Assembly (NCBI GenBank): GCA_963817915.1
Contig: CAWFQL010000016.1
Span: forward strand, 96,001-160,000
Reading direction: 5' to 3'
Length of the DNA: 64,000 bases
Source: an uncultured candidate division Zixibacteria bacterium
GTDB taxonomy: Bacteria; Zixibacteria; MSB-5A5; UBA10806
The translations under genes and the position numbers were made by a program. Below are positions 10,036 through 21,833 of this stretch, in pieces. Below the pieces are notes generated by a model that made no database searches, had not been told where the DNA came from, and worked only from the letters and a program-made list of their open reading frames with translations. Each line of letters begins with the position of its first letter. Position 1 is the first letter of the stretch.

Positions 10036-11031
10036 TTGCCCGCAAATCTGCCACCGCAATATTACGAGCTGGAACGAGAGTTCAATAAAGAGACCGATCT
10101 CAATGAAAAGCTGAGACTGGCCAAGGAGCTTTTGGTGATGATGCCCAAACATAAGGGCACTGATAAGCTCCAGGCCGAGATGAAATCGAAAATATCGAAG
10201 CTCAAGGCTCAGATCGAAGGCGGTGTCAAAAAAACAGCGGCCCACCATGTCGATCCATTCTCTCATATAGATAAAGAGGGAGCGGCTCAGATAATATTAA
10301 TCGGCCCGCCGAATTCCGGAAAATCTAGTATAGTTGCCAGCTGTACCCATGCCAAACCATTGATTGCCGACTATCCCTATTCAACTCTGGAACCGTTGAC
10401 CGGCATGATGGAATACGAGACTACCCAGATTCAATTGATCGATACACCGCCAATATCCGATATTCAGATGGCGACCTATCTTCCGAATCTTATCCGCCAG
10501 GCCGATATAGTGATATTGGTTTATGATCTGACTGATACGGAATGTGAAAATGGCGTGAAGACAATCACTCGGCTATTACAGGAAAAAAATATCGCCCTCT
10601 CCCCTGAATCATCTTCCGATTCGAATGATGCCCGTTACCTGTACAAGAAAACTATTATCGCCGCAACCAAATATGAGGATCCTAAGGATGAGATCGCGCT
10701 CGAGAATTTAAAGAAGTCCTATTCCGGATTTGATATTATCGCATTATCTATTTTGGATGATGAGCTTCTGGCGAATTTCAAGAAGGAAGTCTTTAAGACC
10801 TTAAATATCATTCGTGTTTTTACCAAACGAATAGGCCATGAAGCCGATTTTTCTGACCCGATTGTGTTGCCTATTGGAAGCACTGTCGGCGACGCGGCCT
10901 TTCATCTCCACAAGGATTTCGCCCATAAGCTTCAATTTGCCAAGATATGGGGCAAGGGGAAGTTCGAGGGGCAACATGTCAAAGGCAGCTTTGTCTTATC
11001 AGATGGCGATATAGTGGAATTTCATATTTGA
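10036..11031 (+). CDS. DRG/Rbg-like OBG-family GTPase with TGS domain
   Basis: MPANLPPQY..PKHKGTDKL N-terminus, GPPNSGKS, YPYST, DTPP, C-terminal TGS (GSTVGDAAFHLHKDF..LSDGDIVEFH); TTG start with RBS ggagg. Confidence 0.9.
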   Translation: MPANLPPQYYELEREFNKETDLNEKLRLAKELLVMMPKHKGTDKLQAEMKSKISKLKAQIEGGVKKTAAHHVDPFSHIDKEGAAQIILIGPPNSGKSSIVASCTHAKPLIADYPYSTLEPLTGMMEYETTQIQLIDTPPISDIQMATYLPNLIRQADIVILVYDLTDTECENGVKTITRLLQEKNIALSPESSSDSNDARYLYKKTIIAATKYEDPKDEIALENLKKSYSGFDIIALSILDDELLANFKKEVFKTLNIIRVFTKRIGHEADFSDPIVLPIGSTVGDAAFHLHKDFAHKLQFAKIWGKGKFEGQHVKGSFVLSDGDIVEFHI

Positions 11032-11058
11032 AATTGCCCTGCTAAATACCGGATTGAA

Positions 11059-11730
11059 TCAGTTAGATATCACACAAAAGATACTCGAATCATCCACTTC
11101 GCGAATTTCATATTTTAAATTTAGACTCGATGCCAAAGCCTCGAAATTCTCCGGCCCGAAGGTTGTCGCCCGAAAACCATCCTCGCAGACTATAATTCCA
11201 TTTCCGGTTTCATTCCAATCGATTTCGCCAATAAGGCCATGATCGGCCTGTATTCGAAACCATTCCAGACGATCCTCCCAGAATTTTTCAGAATAGCTCG
11301 AAAAAAGTATTGTCCCGCCCGGCTTTGCAATTCTGATGCTCTCGCGAAACAACTCTGACGGGTCAACGTGAAATGCCGAAATGCCATTTTGGATACATAC
11401 TACGCGATCGAATGATTTGTCTTTAAATCCAAGTTGAATGGCATCCATCTGAGCCAGCGAAATAGTGGGCGATGTTTTCAGATCCTTTGAGGCTGTCCCG
11501 AGGCTTGCGAGCGAGGAATCAATTCCAATAACCTGATTTGCCTTGGATGCCAGCTTATCCAAAATTCTGCCATAACCGCAACCAAGCTCTAAGACGGTGT
11601 CGCTTGATCCAACATGATCAATAACAAATGCTATTTCAGCATTAAGGTATTGCACTACTCGCGGAGTCGCCAAATCGTAAGCCATTCGGAGACGTTCGGA
11701 TGCGAGGTTCTCTGAATAATATCCTGACAT
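11059..11730 (-). CDS. Class I SAM-dependent methyltransferase
   Basis: VLELGCGYGR, IGID, SFDRVV, KPGG motifs. Confidence 0.9.
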   Translation of the reverse strand: MSGYYSENLASERLRMAYDLATPRVVQYLNAEIAFVIDHVGSSDTVLELGCGYGRILDKLASKANQVIGIDSSLASLGTASKDLKTSPTISLAQMDAIQLGFKDKSFDRVVCIQNGISAFHVDPSELFRESIRIAKPGGTILFSSYSEKFWEDRLEWFRIQADHGLIGEIDWNETGNGIIVCEDGFRATTFGPENFEALASSLNLKYEIREVDDSSIFCVISN

Positions 11731-11993
11731 TAGGCCTAATTATGGCAAAATCCTACATTTTTACAATATAAATACCAATAATTAGCTGGAATAAGCGTTT
11801 AGGGCGTATAATAATTTCAGCAAGAAATGACTTTAACTTATAGACTTGCTATGCGAGGGAATTATTTTATCACAAACTATTAAATATCTTAACCTTTTGG
11901 GCACGGTTTGGGTCAAATAATAAAGGAAAAAGGCCAACATAATTATTTGCGTGATTGGCTCAGGGCCTGATTTGGGTGAAACGAGGTAAGCTT

Positions 11994-13228
11994 ATGAAAA
12001 AAATAATAATCATCGCGGCCATTCTGATAATTGCAGTTGCCGCATATTTTATATTCTTCGCGGGCGGAAAACAGGTCAGCGCCAAATTCATGACCGCCGA
12101 AATACAAAAAGGGGATATTTCTATTATTGTCACGGCCACGGGATCATTGGAGGCTGTTACTACGGTTCAAGTTGGCAGTCAGATTTCGGGGACTATCGCG
12201 GCGCTTCATGCCGATTTCAATGACAAGGTGAAAAAAGGACAAGTTCTGGCACAATTGGATCCGGCATTGCTGAACGCACAGGTTATTCAGGCACAGGCAG
12301 ATTTGGAAAAGGCGATCGCTTCGACTCATCTGGCAAAAAGCGATTATGAGAGATCGTTATCGCTTTTCGAGAGAAATATGATTTCCGCTTCGGATAGAGA
12401 TGTCGCGGAATCCAATTACGATCAAGCGAAGGCTGAACAATTATCAGTTAAGGCGAATGTGGACAGACTTAAAACCAATCTTTCCTATGCTACAATTAGC
12501 TCGCCAATCGATGGTGTGGTTATTTCCCGAAATGTCGATGTCGGCCAGACAGTCGCTGCCAGCCTTTCGGCGCCGACCATTTTCACGATTGCCCAGGACT
12601 TATCCAAAATGCAGGTTAATACGAGTATTGATGAAGCGGATATTGGTAGAATCAAGGTCGGCCAGACAGCGTTATTTACTGTCGACGCCTATCCCGACCA
12701 TTCATTTTCTGGCTTAGTTAAGCAAGTCAGGCTCAATCCGGAAATTGTTCAGAATGTGGTTACATACGAAGTGATTTTGGAGGTTGCCAATCCTGATTTC
12801 CTGCTTATGCCCGGCATGACGGCTAATGTCACGATCCTGATTGACAAAAAAGAGGATGTTTTGAAAGTGCCGTCGGCTGCTCTTAAATACAGGCCGGTAT
12901 TCGCCCAGAAAAAATCAACCGCGCAAGGCGATAGCTCAAAGGTATTTGCGGGGAAAGGCGACCGGAAATGACCCTGTCAATCAGAAACCGGCAAACCCGG
13001 ATTCAATCAGAGCTGCCAGAACAAGAGTCTGGACACTCAGACCCGGCCGGAAAACTCAAGCCGATTCCGGTCCAGGTAGGAATTTCCGATGGAGCCTCTA
13101 CTCAGATTATTTCCGATATTCTCAAAGAAGGGGATAAAATCGTTATTGGGCAGGAAGGTATTGCGGTGAGTACCAACAACCAGGAAGTTAATCCGTTCTT
13201 GCCCAGGATGGGCGGCGGGAGGCGATAG
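11994..13228 (+). CDS. MacA-like membrane fusion protein; two apparent 1-nt insertions (about 12960 and 13040)
   Basis: ATGSLEAVTTVQVGSQISG, SPIDGVVISRNVDVGQTVAASLSAPT; C-terminus continues through two shifted frames to KLKPIPVQVGISDG..MGGGRR. Confidence 0.9.
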
Positions 13229-13230
13229 AC

Positions 13231-13968
13231 TTGGATCAGGTAATAACTACAAACGACCTGGTTAAGACCTATATACTGGGTGATTTCGAGCTTCACGCGC
13301 TTAAAGGAGTAAACCTGTCTATAAATAAGGGCGAATTCGTGGCAATTATGGGACCATCGGGCTCGGGAAAATCGACATTGATGAATATTCTGGGTTGTCT
13401 CGCCCGCCCGACAAGCGGAAAGTATTATCTCGATGGCATCGATGTCTCATCACTGAATGCGGACAGCCTGGCTACTATCAGAAACAAGAAAATCGGATTC
13501 GTGTTTCAATCATTTAATCTGCTTTCGCGAACTTCGGCGATGGAGAATGTCGAGTTGCCGTTGCTCTATAATGGCAATTCTGCCAGGGAGAATATCGAAA
13601 AGGCCAAGAAGGTTTTAGGCATGGTGGGCTTAGAGGGCAGAGAAAATTCGTTTCCAAATCAGCTTTCGGGCGGACAACAGCAGCGGGTGGCGATTGCCAG
13701 AGCGCTAATCAACGATCCGGCGATAATATTAGCCGATGAGCCAACAGGCAATCTTGATACGAGAACTTCGATCGAGGTCATGGAGATATTTCAATCGCTC
13801 AATGAAAAGGGAATCACAATTATCGTAATTACCCACGAATCCGATATCGCCCTATACACTAAGAGAAATATCACGGTTAGAGACGGCAAGATGGTAAAAG
13901 ATGAATTGGTCGGCAGTCGAAAAATTGCCAGCAAAGAGCTTCTTACTATTCCACAAAGCGACGAGTAA
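13231..13968 (+). CDS. ABC transporter ATP-binding protein (MacB/LolD type)
   Basis: [32 protein letters not shown]. Confidence 0.95.
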   Translation: MDQVITTNDLVKTYILGDFELHALKGVNLSINKGEFVAIMGPSGSGKSTLMNILGCLARPTSGKYYLDGIDVSSLNADSLATIRNKKIGFVFQSFNLLSRTSAMENVELPLLYNGNSARENIEKAKKVLGMVGLEGRENSFPNQLSGGQQQRVAIARALINDPAIILADEPTGNLDTRTSIEVMEIFQSLNEKGITIIVITHESDIALYTKRNITVRDGKMVKDELVGSRKIASKELLTIPQSDE

Positions 13969-13994
13969 ATGGCGCTGATTGGAGATATAATTAG

Positions 13995-15212
13995 ATGAGA
14001 TTCCTCCAAATATTAAGAATAGCATACCGCGCATTGGGCAAAAACAAGATGCGTTCCGGGCTGACAATGCTTGGCATAATCATAGGAGTGGCAGCCGTAA
14101 TTGCGATGGTCGGAATCGGGCAGGGCGCTCAGAAGATGGTGAATGCGCAAATTGCATCCTTAGGCGATAACCTTCTAAATATTTTTCCGGGCAGCCAAAA
14201 CGCCGGAGGTTTTAGATCTGGAGCGGGTACAAGAACCACATTAACCGAGGATGACGCGAAAGCAATAAAAAATGATTGCCCCGCAATTTTAGCGGTTTCT
14301 CCCGTAGTACGGTCGTCGGGGCAGATTGTCGCGGGCAACCTAAATTGGGGAACATCGATTGAGGGACATTCCACGGATTTTGTAACCATACGTTCATGGC
14401 CAATGTCATCGGGCACATTTTTCACGGATCAGGATATCAAAGGCGCAACGAAGGTTTGTATTATCGGCCAAACAGTGGTCGACAATCTTTTCCCAGGACA
14501 GGATGCAGTGGGCGAGATAATCAGAATAAAGAAATTGCCATTTAGAGTGTTGGGCGTACTTTCTCCGAAAGGGCAGAATGCATTCGGCCGGGATCAGGAT
14601 GATATTATTATCGCACCATATACGACTGTTCAGCGAAAGCTCGCCGGTATTACATACATTAATTACATTATCGCATCTGCCAAAGACAGAACCGAAATTG
14701 ATATGGCAACCACGCAAATAACCGATCTTCTTCGCCAGAGACATAGAATTATGCCGGGCCAGGAAGATGATTTTACGGTCAGGAGCCAGATGGATATTGC
14801 TAGCGCAGCAGGCTCGACATCGACTATTATGAGCATACTTTTAGGCGCCATAGCGTCGGTCTCGCTGATGGTTGGCGGTATCGGTATTATGAATATCATG
14901 TTAGTCTCGGTTACCGAGAGAACACGGGAGATCGGCATCAGAATGGCAGTCGGCGCAAAAAGCCGCGACATCATGGTGCAATTTTTATCGGAATCGATCG
15001 TGCTCAGCCTGATCGGGGGTATTATTGGTATAATATTCGGTGTATTGAGCGCCAAATTAATATCAGCGATCTTGCACTGGCCGATTTACACTTCTTTGCC
15101 TGCAATTGGGCTATCATTCTTTTTCGCCGGTTTTGTCGGTGTGTTTTTTGGATTTTATCCTGCAAGAAAAGCGTCGCATCTCGACCCAATAGAAGCTTTA
15201 AGGTACGAATAA
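13995..15212 (+). CDS. MacB/FtsX-type ABC permease
   Basis: RSGLTMLGIIIGVAAVI, GGIGIMNIMLVSVTERTREIGIRMAVGA, PARKASHLDPIEALRYE. Confidence 0.95.
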   Translation: MRFLQILRIAYRALGKNKMRSGLTMLGIIIGVAAVIAMVGIGQGAQKMVNAQIASLGDNLLNIFPGSQNAGGFRSGAGTRTTLTEDDAKAIKNDCPAILAVSPVVRSSGQIVAGNLNWGTSIEGHSTDFVTIRSWPMSSGTFFTDQDIKGATKVCIIGQTVVDNLFPGQDAVGEIIRIKKLPFRVLGVLSPKGQNAFGRDQDDIIIAPYTTVQRKLAGITYINYIIASAKDRTEIDMATTQITDLLRQRHRIMPGQEDDFTVRSQMDIASAAGSTSTIMSILLGAIASVSLMVGGIGIMNIMLVSVTERTREIGIRMAVGAKSRDIMVQFLSESIVLSLIGGIIGIIFGVLSAKLISAILHWPIYTSLPAIGLSFFFAGFVGVFFGFYPARKASHLDPIEALRYE

Positions 15213-15336
15213 CGAAATATCCGCCAGGCCAATCTAAAGTATTTATCTTTAAAGCGCTCCTATCCAATACTATTTGCCTCTCCAACATTTTTATCTTATA
15301 GTATGCCGATATTATGGGACCTATTAGCGCAGGAGC

Positions 15337-17451
15337 GTGCCAATGACCAATCCAGAATTTAAGCCGTTTATCTCGCCATTTGTAAATCAGAAGGAATTCA
15401 CTGTCCGGGCCTTGCTTATAGGGGCGGTGCTCGGAATAATCTTCGCCGCGTCATCGGTCTATCTGGCGTTAAAGGTCGGCATGACGGTCAGCGCCTCTAT
15501 TCCCATAGCGGTCCTTTCGATTACGCTTTTCCGAGTTCTGGGTAAAGCGACAATTCTCGAGAATAACATCGTCCAGACTACTGGTTCGGCTGGTGAATCG
15601 ATCGCATTCGGCGTGGCGACGACAATGCCTGTATTTCTGCTTCTCGGGCAGGATATGGAGTTGATGGCAATTCTTTGGATGTCATTACTCGGCGGAATCC
15701 TTGGCGTTTTGATGATGATACCATTAAGGCAAGGGCTTATAGTAAAGGAGCATGGCAAGCTCACCTATCCCGAAGGCACAGCTTGCGCCGATGTTCTCAT
15801 AGTCGGCGAGCAGGGTGGCACGAATGCCAAGACAGTCTTTCTCGGATTCGGAATCGGCGCAATCTATAAATTTCTCAATGCGGGCCTAAGATTATGGCAG
15901 GATGTACCTAATCGGATGCTGACATTCTTTAAGGGTGCATCAATATCCGCCGAAGTAACTCCGGAGCTCTTGGGTGTCGGGTATATAATAGGGCCGAAAG
16001 TTTCGGCCAATATGATGGCGGGCGGCATGTTGTCATACTTGATCTTAATACCTGCGATAAAAATCTTTGGCGAGAATGTCGGCACGGCCATGTTCCCGGC
16101 TACAACATTGATCAAGGATATGGATCCCAGCATGGTGCGTAACGCTTATGTACTTTATATTGGCGCTGGAGCGGTTGCGACCGGAGGGATTATCAGTCTT
16201 ATCAAATCATTCCCGACAATTATTTCGGCCTTTAGAAGGGGCTTTAAGACATTTATAGATTCAAGAAAAGGGACAATCGACAAGAAGGCAATCGTCAGAA
16301 CAGATCAAGATTTGCCGATGTCGGTAGTTGTATTCGGTTCGCTCGGTTTGATGGTAGCGATATGGCTGGCTCCGATCCTGCATATCAACGCCATTTCAGC
16401 GGTGCTAATTGTCTTATTCGGATTTTTCTTTGTTACCGTATCAAGCCGTATCACAGGTGAGATTGGATCGTCATCGAACCCGATTTCGGGCATGACGGTG
16501 GCGACATTGCTGATCACCTGTCTCCTTTTCCTGGCTGTCGGATGGACAGGAGTCTCGTTCAGGGCGATGGCATTATCAACTGCGGCGATAGTCTGTATTG
16601 CGGCATCCAATGGCGGCACAATCAGTCAGGATTTAAAAACAGGCTTTCTTGTGGGTGCGACCCCCAAATATCAGCAGCTTGGAATCATGATAGGAGTGAT
16701 TTCGAGCGCATTGGTGATCGGGCTGATTGTAATCGGGCTCAATAACGCTTATACGACAGTCACCCCGATCAGCTACCCAGAGTATACGGCTTCACTCACC
16801 GCTGAAAAGGATACGCAAAAGGGTCCCGACGGCAATATGTACCATATCGTTCATGTCAGCGAGCAAACCGGAAATGTATTAGTTGGAAAATATCTCGCCG
16901 ATGATTCCGGCCAGATCAAATACTTGATTGATCCAGGCATCGCAGGTACCGTATCGCAAGTCGACGGCAAACCGGTAACCAAGCTTGATTCACCTAAAGC
17001 GCGACTTTTCAGCCTTATTATAGATGGTATTCTCACTCAAAAGCTCCCCTGGGGTCTAGTGTTGATCGGAATCTTCCTGGCGCTGGTTATGGAATTGGTC
17101 GGTGTTTCATCGTTGCCATTCGCGGTCGGTCTTTACCTGCCGATATCAAGTTCAGCGCCCATTATGGCGGGAGGTGTTGTCAGGGCATTGGTAGATAGGA
17201 AACGAAAAGGCACCGCATCGGAGGCAGAATTCTCTCCCGGCGTATTGATGTCATCCGGTTTTATCGCCGGAGCGGCTATCATGGGTGTGGTTCTGGCATT
17301 GATGACCGGCCTCGGATACGATCAGAAGATAGATTTCTCCAGCTATATGGGAATATTCGGTTCGGCTGATTGGTTCGCGTTGCTTCCATTCTTTGCCATT
17401 AGCTTTATACTTTACAGAATCGGCGTGGCCAAAAGCGGAAACAATAAATAG
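15337..17451 (+). CDS. OPT family oligopeptide transporter
   Basis: YLALKVGMTVSASIP, ENNIVQT, YPEGTACA, SSNPISG, QDLKTGFLVGATP. Confidence 0.93.
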   Translation: MPMTNPEFKPFISPFVNQKEFTVRALLIGAVLGIIFAASSVYLALKVGMTVSASIPIAVLSITLFRVLGKATILENNIVQTTGSAGESIAFGVATTMPVFLLLGQDMELMAILWMSLLGGILGVLMMIPLRQGLIVKEHGKLTYPEGTACADVLIVGEQGGTNAKTVFLGFGIGAIYKFLNAGLRLWQDVPNRMLTFFKGASISAEVTPELLGVGYIIGPKVSANMMAGGMLSYLILIPAIKIFGENVGTAMFPATTLIKDMDPSMVRNAYVLYIGAGAVATGGIISLIKSFPTIISAFRRGFKTFIDSRKGTIDKKAIVRTDQDLPMSVVVFGSLGLMVAIWLAPILHINAISAVLIVLFGFFFVTVSSRITGEIGSSSNPISGMTVATLLITCLLFLAVGWTGVSFRAMALSTAAIVCIAASNGGTISQDLKTGFLVGATPKYQQLGIMIGVISSALVIGLIVIGLNNAYTTVTPISYPEYTASLTAEKDTQKGPDGNMYHIVHVSEQTGNVLVGKYLADDSGQIKYLIDPGIAGTVSQVDGKPVTKLDSPKARLFSLIIDGILTQKLPWGLVLIGIFLALVMELVGVSSLPFAVGLYLPISSSAPIMAGGVVRALVDRKRKGTASEAEFSPGVLMSSGFIAGAAIMGVVLALMTGLGYDQKIDFSSYMGIFGSADWFALLPFFAISFILYRIGVAKSGNNK

Positions 17452-17486
17452 AGTACGGTTTAAAGATATTTTAAGATAGGCTTTTA

Positions 17487-18248
17487 ATGTCGAATTTGAT
17501 CTGTATTACTGCGGATAAGCAATATGAGCTTGTTCGCGAAGCTCATAGAAATTCCCTCGGGACATTTCCCGATTTCATGTACCATAATCAGGTTATCAAC
17601 TCATATTGGGAAGAGCTGTACAATTTATTCGCCCGTTATCAGTATGTTTTATGCGACCCTGATGACAATTCGGTTTTGGCACTCGGAAACAGCTTCCCTC
17701 TATTATGGGAGGAGCCATTCACCAAGCTCCCCGATGGTGGTATCGAATGGGCTCTAAAGACGGCTGTCGAGCAAGCTCAGGCAGATTTGAAGCCGAATGT
17801 ACTTTGCGCCTTTCAGGTCATAGTCGATGAAGAATCGAGAGGTCAGGGATTTAGTTATAAAGCTATTGAGGCGATGATCGATATCGCCGACAGGAGTCTA
17901 TTTCGATCGTTGATCGCGCCTGTCCGTCCAATAGATAAAGTCGAATTCCCGATGATGACAATGGAAGATTATATTGATTTAAAACGAGAAGATGGCTCAA
18001 TTTTCGATGATTGGCTTCGAGTCCATCTGAAAATTGGCGGTCAGATATCGCGAATTTGCCACAGATCATTTTCAGTGGAAGCGTCGATAGAGGAATGGGA
18101 AGAATGGACTGAAATGACATTCCCTGAATCAGGGCAGAATGTTATTCCGGGGGGAATCGCGCCGCTTTACATTGACAGGCCCGCAGGTCGCGGCTTATAC
18201 ATTGAACCGAATATCTGGATTCATCATAAGATAAAACCGAATCATTAG
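17487..18248 (+). CDS. GNAT-like N-acetyltransferase family protein
   Basis: SRGQGFS acetyl-CoA loop, IAPVRP, DDWLRVHLKIGG, YIEPNIW. Confidence 0.7.
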   Translation: MSNLICITADKQYELVREAHRNSLGTFPDFMYHNQVINSYWEELYNLFARYQYVLCDPDDNSVLALGNSFPLLWEEPFTKLPDGGIEWALKTAVEQAQADLKPNVLCAFQVIVDEESRGQGFSYKAIEAMIDIADRSLFRSLIAPVRPIDKVEFPMMTMEDYIDLKREDGSIFDDWLRVHLKIGGQISRICHRSFSVEASIEEWEEWTEMTFPESGQNVIPGGIAPLYIDRPAGRGLYIEPNIWIHHKIKPNH

Positions 18249-18265
18249 AATTATTGATAAAAACT

Positions 18266-18301
18266 AAAAAAGGCGGGACAATTTTTATGTTCCGCCTTTT
18301 T
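18266..18301. terminator. Bidirectional intrinsic terminator
   Basis: aaaaaaggcgggaca...tgttccgccttttt between convergent genes. Confidence 0.8.
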
Positions 18302-18324
18302 ATTTTTGAATCTGTTGGCAAGAC

Positions 18325-20012
18325 TCAATCGTAACTGACAAACCAATCCGGGGCCAGTCTTCGAGTGATCTTGACTATTTCACGATCGACACTCTTAAGC
18401 GCGCCGCGTTCGATGAGGGTCTCGATCGCTTTACTTAATAGCACCATCTTATCTCGGATCGGAATTAACGCGGGATAGTATTCATTGTTGAACATAAGCC
18501 TAAATCTTTTTCTGATGGATTCGTCAGCAAGCATCGTACCAATTGTTTTTTCGAGTTCCAGTCCCTCTAAATCGCTTAACGTATCCTTGGGAGAGAGCAT
18601 CTTCTTTCGAGTATTATCTATTCCCTTTTCGCAATGAAACTTGAATTGCCAGCAATCCATGAGGCCAAGCGAGTCGATAGCCAAAACGTTAACACTGATT
18701 ATATTCTTAATCGTATCGATCTTGACACCTTCCATCAGCGGCAGGAAATAATTATCGGTAATTGCACCGAAGGCACTTATGCCACCCTTGAATGGGTCTT
18801 CTAAGAATATCCCGTGATCGTGAAGAACGGCTTATTTTCAAAACGAGCGTCCTGAATAAGCATAAACTCTTCTTCTGTGTAATGGAACCGTTCTTTCCAA
18901 AGCTGCTCGGCGGTGTAATGATCATTGGTCAATGATGACTGGCTGGTAAGCATTCCGATAGCCTGTCCACCTCTCCATACCAGCGGCAGTACACCGACAG
19001 CCCATTCAGCCGAGCCGCCGATTTCGCCGATCATCGACATCAGGCCTCGTTCATCGGGGAATTCGAGATCGTCCATGCCCAATAACAGGCTGGGGAAAAG
19101 ATCGCCGTCTTTATCGAATGGGGTCGTGACTCCGGCCTTATTCAAAATATCCATGGCCGGGTAATGTCTCTTGCGATCGAGAAAATATGAACTTAACTTG
19201 GATAGATCCGAAAGCCCATAGGATTTTGCGATAATCTCGGCAGCATCGGTGAGATTGGCTTCGCGCGGATTGAATTCGTCAAAGTAAGCTCCCCCCATCC
19301 ATCGTTGTACATATATATCAGGCAGATGCCTCTTGACCCCCGATTCAGTCAGGAATAATGCTGTCAAGCTGGAATGATCGCCCATGATGGATTTGGTAGT
19401 ACCATCGATGACATCATTTCCCATGGAGAGCAAGGTAATGTCTTTATCCATTCGGAGACCATAACGGGCTCTATGGTTATCTTTGCCGAAAAGGGCTCCA
19501 ACCGCGATAGTGGGATTACCGCCCGCTTCTTTGCCCGGTTTGACCCTGACACCTTCGGTGATAGTCGAGGCTATAAGTACCTCTTCTCCTTTAGGAAGCG
19601 CTTCGGTTGTATTTTGAAGGACTTCGGCCATGACATGGGCGGATGTGCGATCATTGGCTCTTTTGCAATCTTCTTTTATCTGACTGGTAAGTTTTTCCTT
19701 GGGTATTAGCTTGGCGGCTCCGCAGCCATTAAGGACTACAGCCACCGCCGATAACGCGGCGGATACGATCACCGCCTCCCTGATCTGGCAATTTCGAAAT
19801 GCCCCTAAATTGGATTGATCATTCGGCTTATCAGCGAGGCTTATGATATCGGCTTGATAAAGGGTTAGATCGTATGCGGATAACGCCTCCCAATGCCTGT
19901 GATTAAATCCGGCGATGCGGCTGGGATTGAACGAATTAGCCTTTTGCATTCCGACATACTTGAGTCGTTTATCTGCTATGTTGAATCGCATTTCATTTTC
20001 CATATCGCTCAC
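18325..20012 (-). CDS. Class II fructose-1,6-bisphosphatase (GlpX)-like protein with N- and C-terminal extensions; apparent indels near 18810
   Basis: TITEG, DVIDGT, PDIY, DGD, IGGSAE motifs; shifted continuation LEDPFKGGISAFGAITDN joins ORF 18325-18735. Confidence 0.7.
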
Positions 20013-20258
20013 CTCATTAAATCACCAAAACGCCTGCCGAATTTCGAAACCATTAAAAGCATTAAACTGAAATTAATAGAAAGCGGCTCTCATTTCAAGC
20101 TCTTAATAGCACATTTTGGATTTAATGTTTTAATCATAACATGGACAAATCCCGAAAAATTGGCATAAATTATATGGAATTATCAGATTGAATAATCTAT
20201 TTTTTGATATTGTGAATAGATTAAATCAAAATATTTGTGATATCGAAAGGCAACCCAA

Positions 20259-21833
20259 ATGATAAAACGAATAGCTTTCTGTTTTTTGGCATGTGCGTTA
20301 ATTACTCCGCTATTTTTCTGTGCCTCAAACAAAAATTCGGCTTTGCCTCCCGAGGTGAGCGCGTCTCTGGATTCGGCCGGAGTCAATCGTGTTGAACTCG
20401 AAAAAGTTATCGATCATTATAAGACCACCGGCGATACCCTGAAATTGCGGGCGGCCTATTTTCTAATCGCCAATATGGATGGTCATTCGTATGTCACCTA
20501 TGTCCTTAAAGACACTCTCGATAAGGAAATCCAATTCGACGCGTTGTCATATCCGACATACGACAGCCTGACGGCATCATTCGGCAGGATGGAAAAGCAA
20601 TATGGCGTACTTGATTTTAAGAAGAAGGATGTTGTCGATGACCTGAAGGCTATCAAGGCCGATTTTCTAATAAATCAGATCGATTACGCCTTCAGGGCAT
20701 GGCGCGAAAAGCCCTGGGCGGCATATTTGAACTTCGATCAATTTTGCGAATTTATTCTACCCTATCGCGGAAGCAATGAAACCTTGGAAAACTGGCGGCA
20801 AACATTCTGGGACAAATACATAAATATCGAATTGCAGATGGCAAATAAATCCGACCCGGTGGAGGCGGCCAAGATTATCAATAAAGATATCATAACGTGG
20901 TTCAAATTCGATCCGATTTATTATTATCATCCGACCGACCAGGGACTTGATGATATGATTACCCACGGCAAGGGCCGTTGCGAGGACATGACCAATATCA
21001 CTATCTATGCTATGCGCGCTAACGGGCTTGCGGTCACCAGCGATTATACACCGTTCTGGGCCAATTCAGGCAATAATCACGCCTGGAACGCAATTGTTGA
21101 TTCCCAGAATAAGGTTATCCCATTCATGGGGGCAGAATGCAATCCCGGTGATTATCGTCTGGCCAATAAATTAGCCAAGGTGTACAGAAAAACTTATTCG
21201 AAACAACCCAACAACCTTGTTTATCAGACTCGCAAACAAAAATCTGTACCGGGTTGGCTTGGCGGGAAGAGCTATGCCGATGTTACCAAAGATTATGTCA
21301 ATACCTGTAATGTCACTATTCGATTCGAAAAACCGATACCGGATTCGGTCGATATCGCCTACATCTGTGTTTTCAATTCAGGCGAATGGCAGGCGATTCA
21401 ATGGGGCAGAATCGTCAATGATTCGGCAACATTCCCAGATATGGGATTGGATATCGCCTATCTTCCCGCGTTGTATTTGAATGGAAAAATCGAGCCCTGG
21501 GGCGATCCTATAATAGTTGGGAATGACTGCAAAATTACTGCTCTTCGCCCTGATAGCTCAAATGGTACCGCGCTCAGCCTTATCTCCACTACCCAACGAA
21601 AGCAGGAAATATCAACTGATGGGATAACCAAGACATTCCTGACGCCCGGCACAGAGTATGAATTGAATTACTGGAACGACGGCTGGAATTCATTCAGCAA
21701 AATCATAGCGAAAGATAAACCTATAGTTTTCAAAAATGTCCCGAGCGGAGCGCTATATTGGCTGACCGCAAAAGACTCGGATAAAGAGGAGCGTATCTTT
21801 ACAATAGAAAATGGCCAGCAGGTATGGTGGTAG
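20259..21833 (+). CDS. Exported transglutaminase-like domain protein
   Basis: Signal peptide, NRVELEKV, LRAAYFLIANM, ILPYRGSNE, GRCEDM..HAWN catalytic-type motifs. Confidence 0.8.
   Translation: MIKRIAFCFLACALITPLFFCASNKNSALPPEVSASLDSAGVNRVELEKVIDHYKTTGDTLKLRAAYFLIANMDGHSYVTYVLKDTLDKEIQFDALSYPTYDSLTASFGRMEKQYGVLDFKKKDVVDDLKAIKADFLINQIDYAFRAWREKPWAAYLNFDQFCEFILPYRGSNETLENWRQTFWDKYINIELQMANKSDPVEAAKIINKDIITWFKFDPIYYYHPTDQGLDDMITHGKGRCEDMTNITIYAMRANGLAVTSDYTPFWANSGNNHAWNAIVDSQNKVIPFMGAECNPGDYRLANKLAKVYRKTYSKQPNNLVYQTRKQKSVPGWLGGKSYADVTKDYVNTCNVTIRFEKPIPDSVDIAYICVFNSGEWQAIQWGRIVNDSATFPDMGLDIAYLPALYLNGKIEPWGDPIIVGNDCKITALRPDSSNGTALSLISTTQRKQEISTDGITKTFLTPGTEYELNYWNDGWNSFSKIIAKDKPIVFKNVPSGALYWLTAKDSDKEERIFTIENGQQVWW

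Noticed and set aside
12960..12971. TGA stops in macA-like, rimK-like (47566) and pcrA (63085) genes as selenocysteine or readthrough
   Set aside because: Homology continues in a different frame, so these are indels rather than recoded stops.
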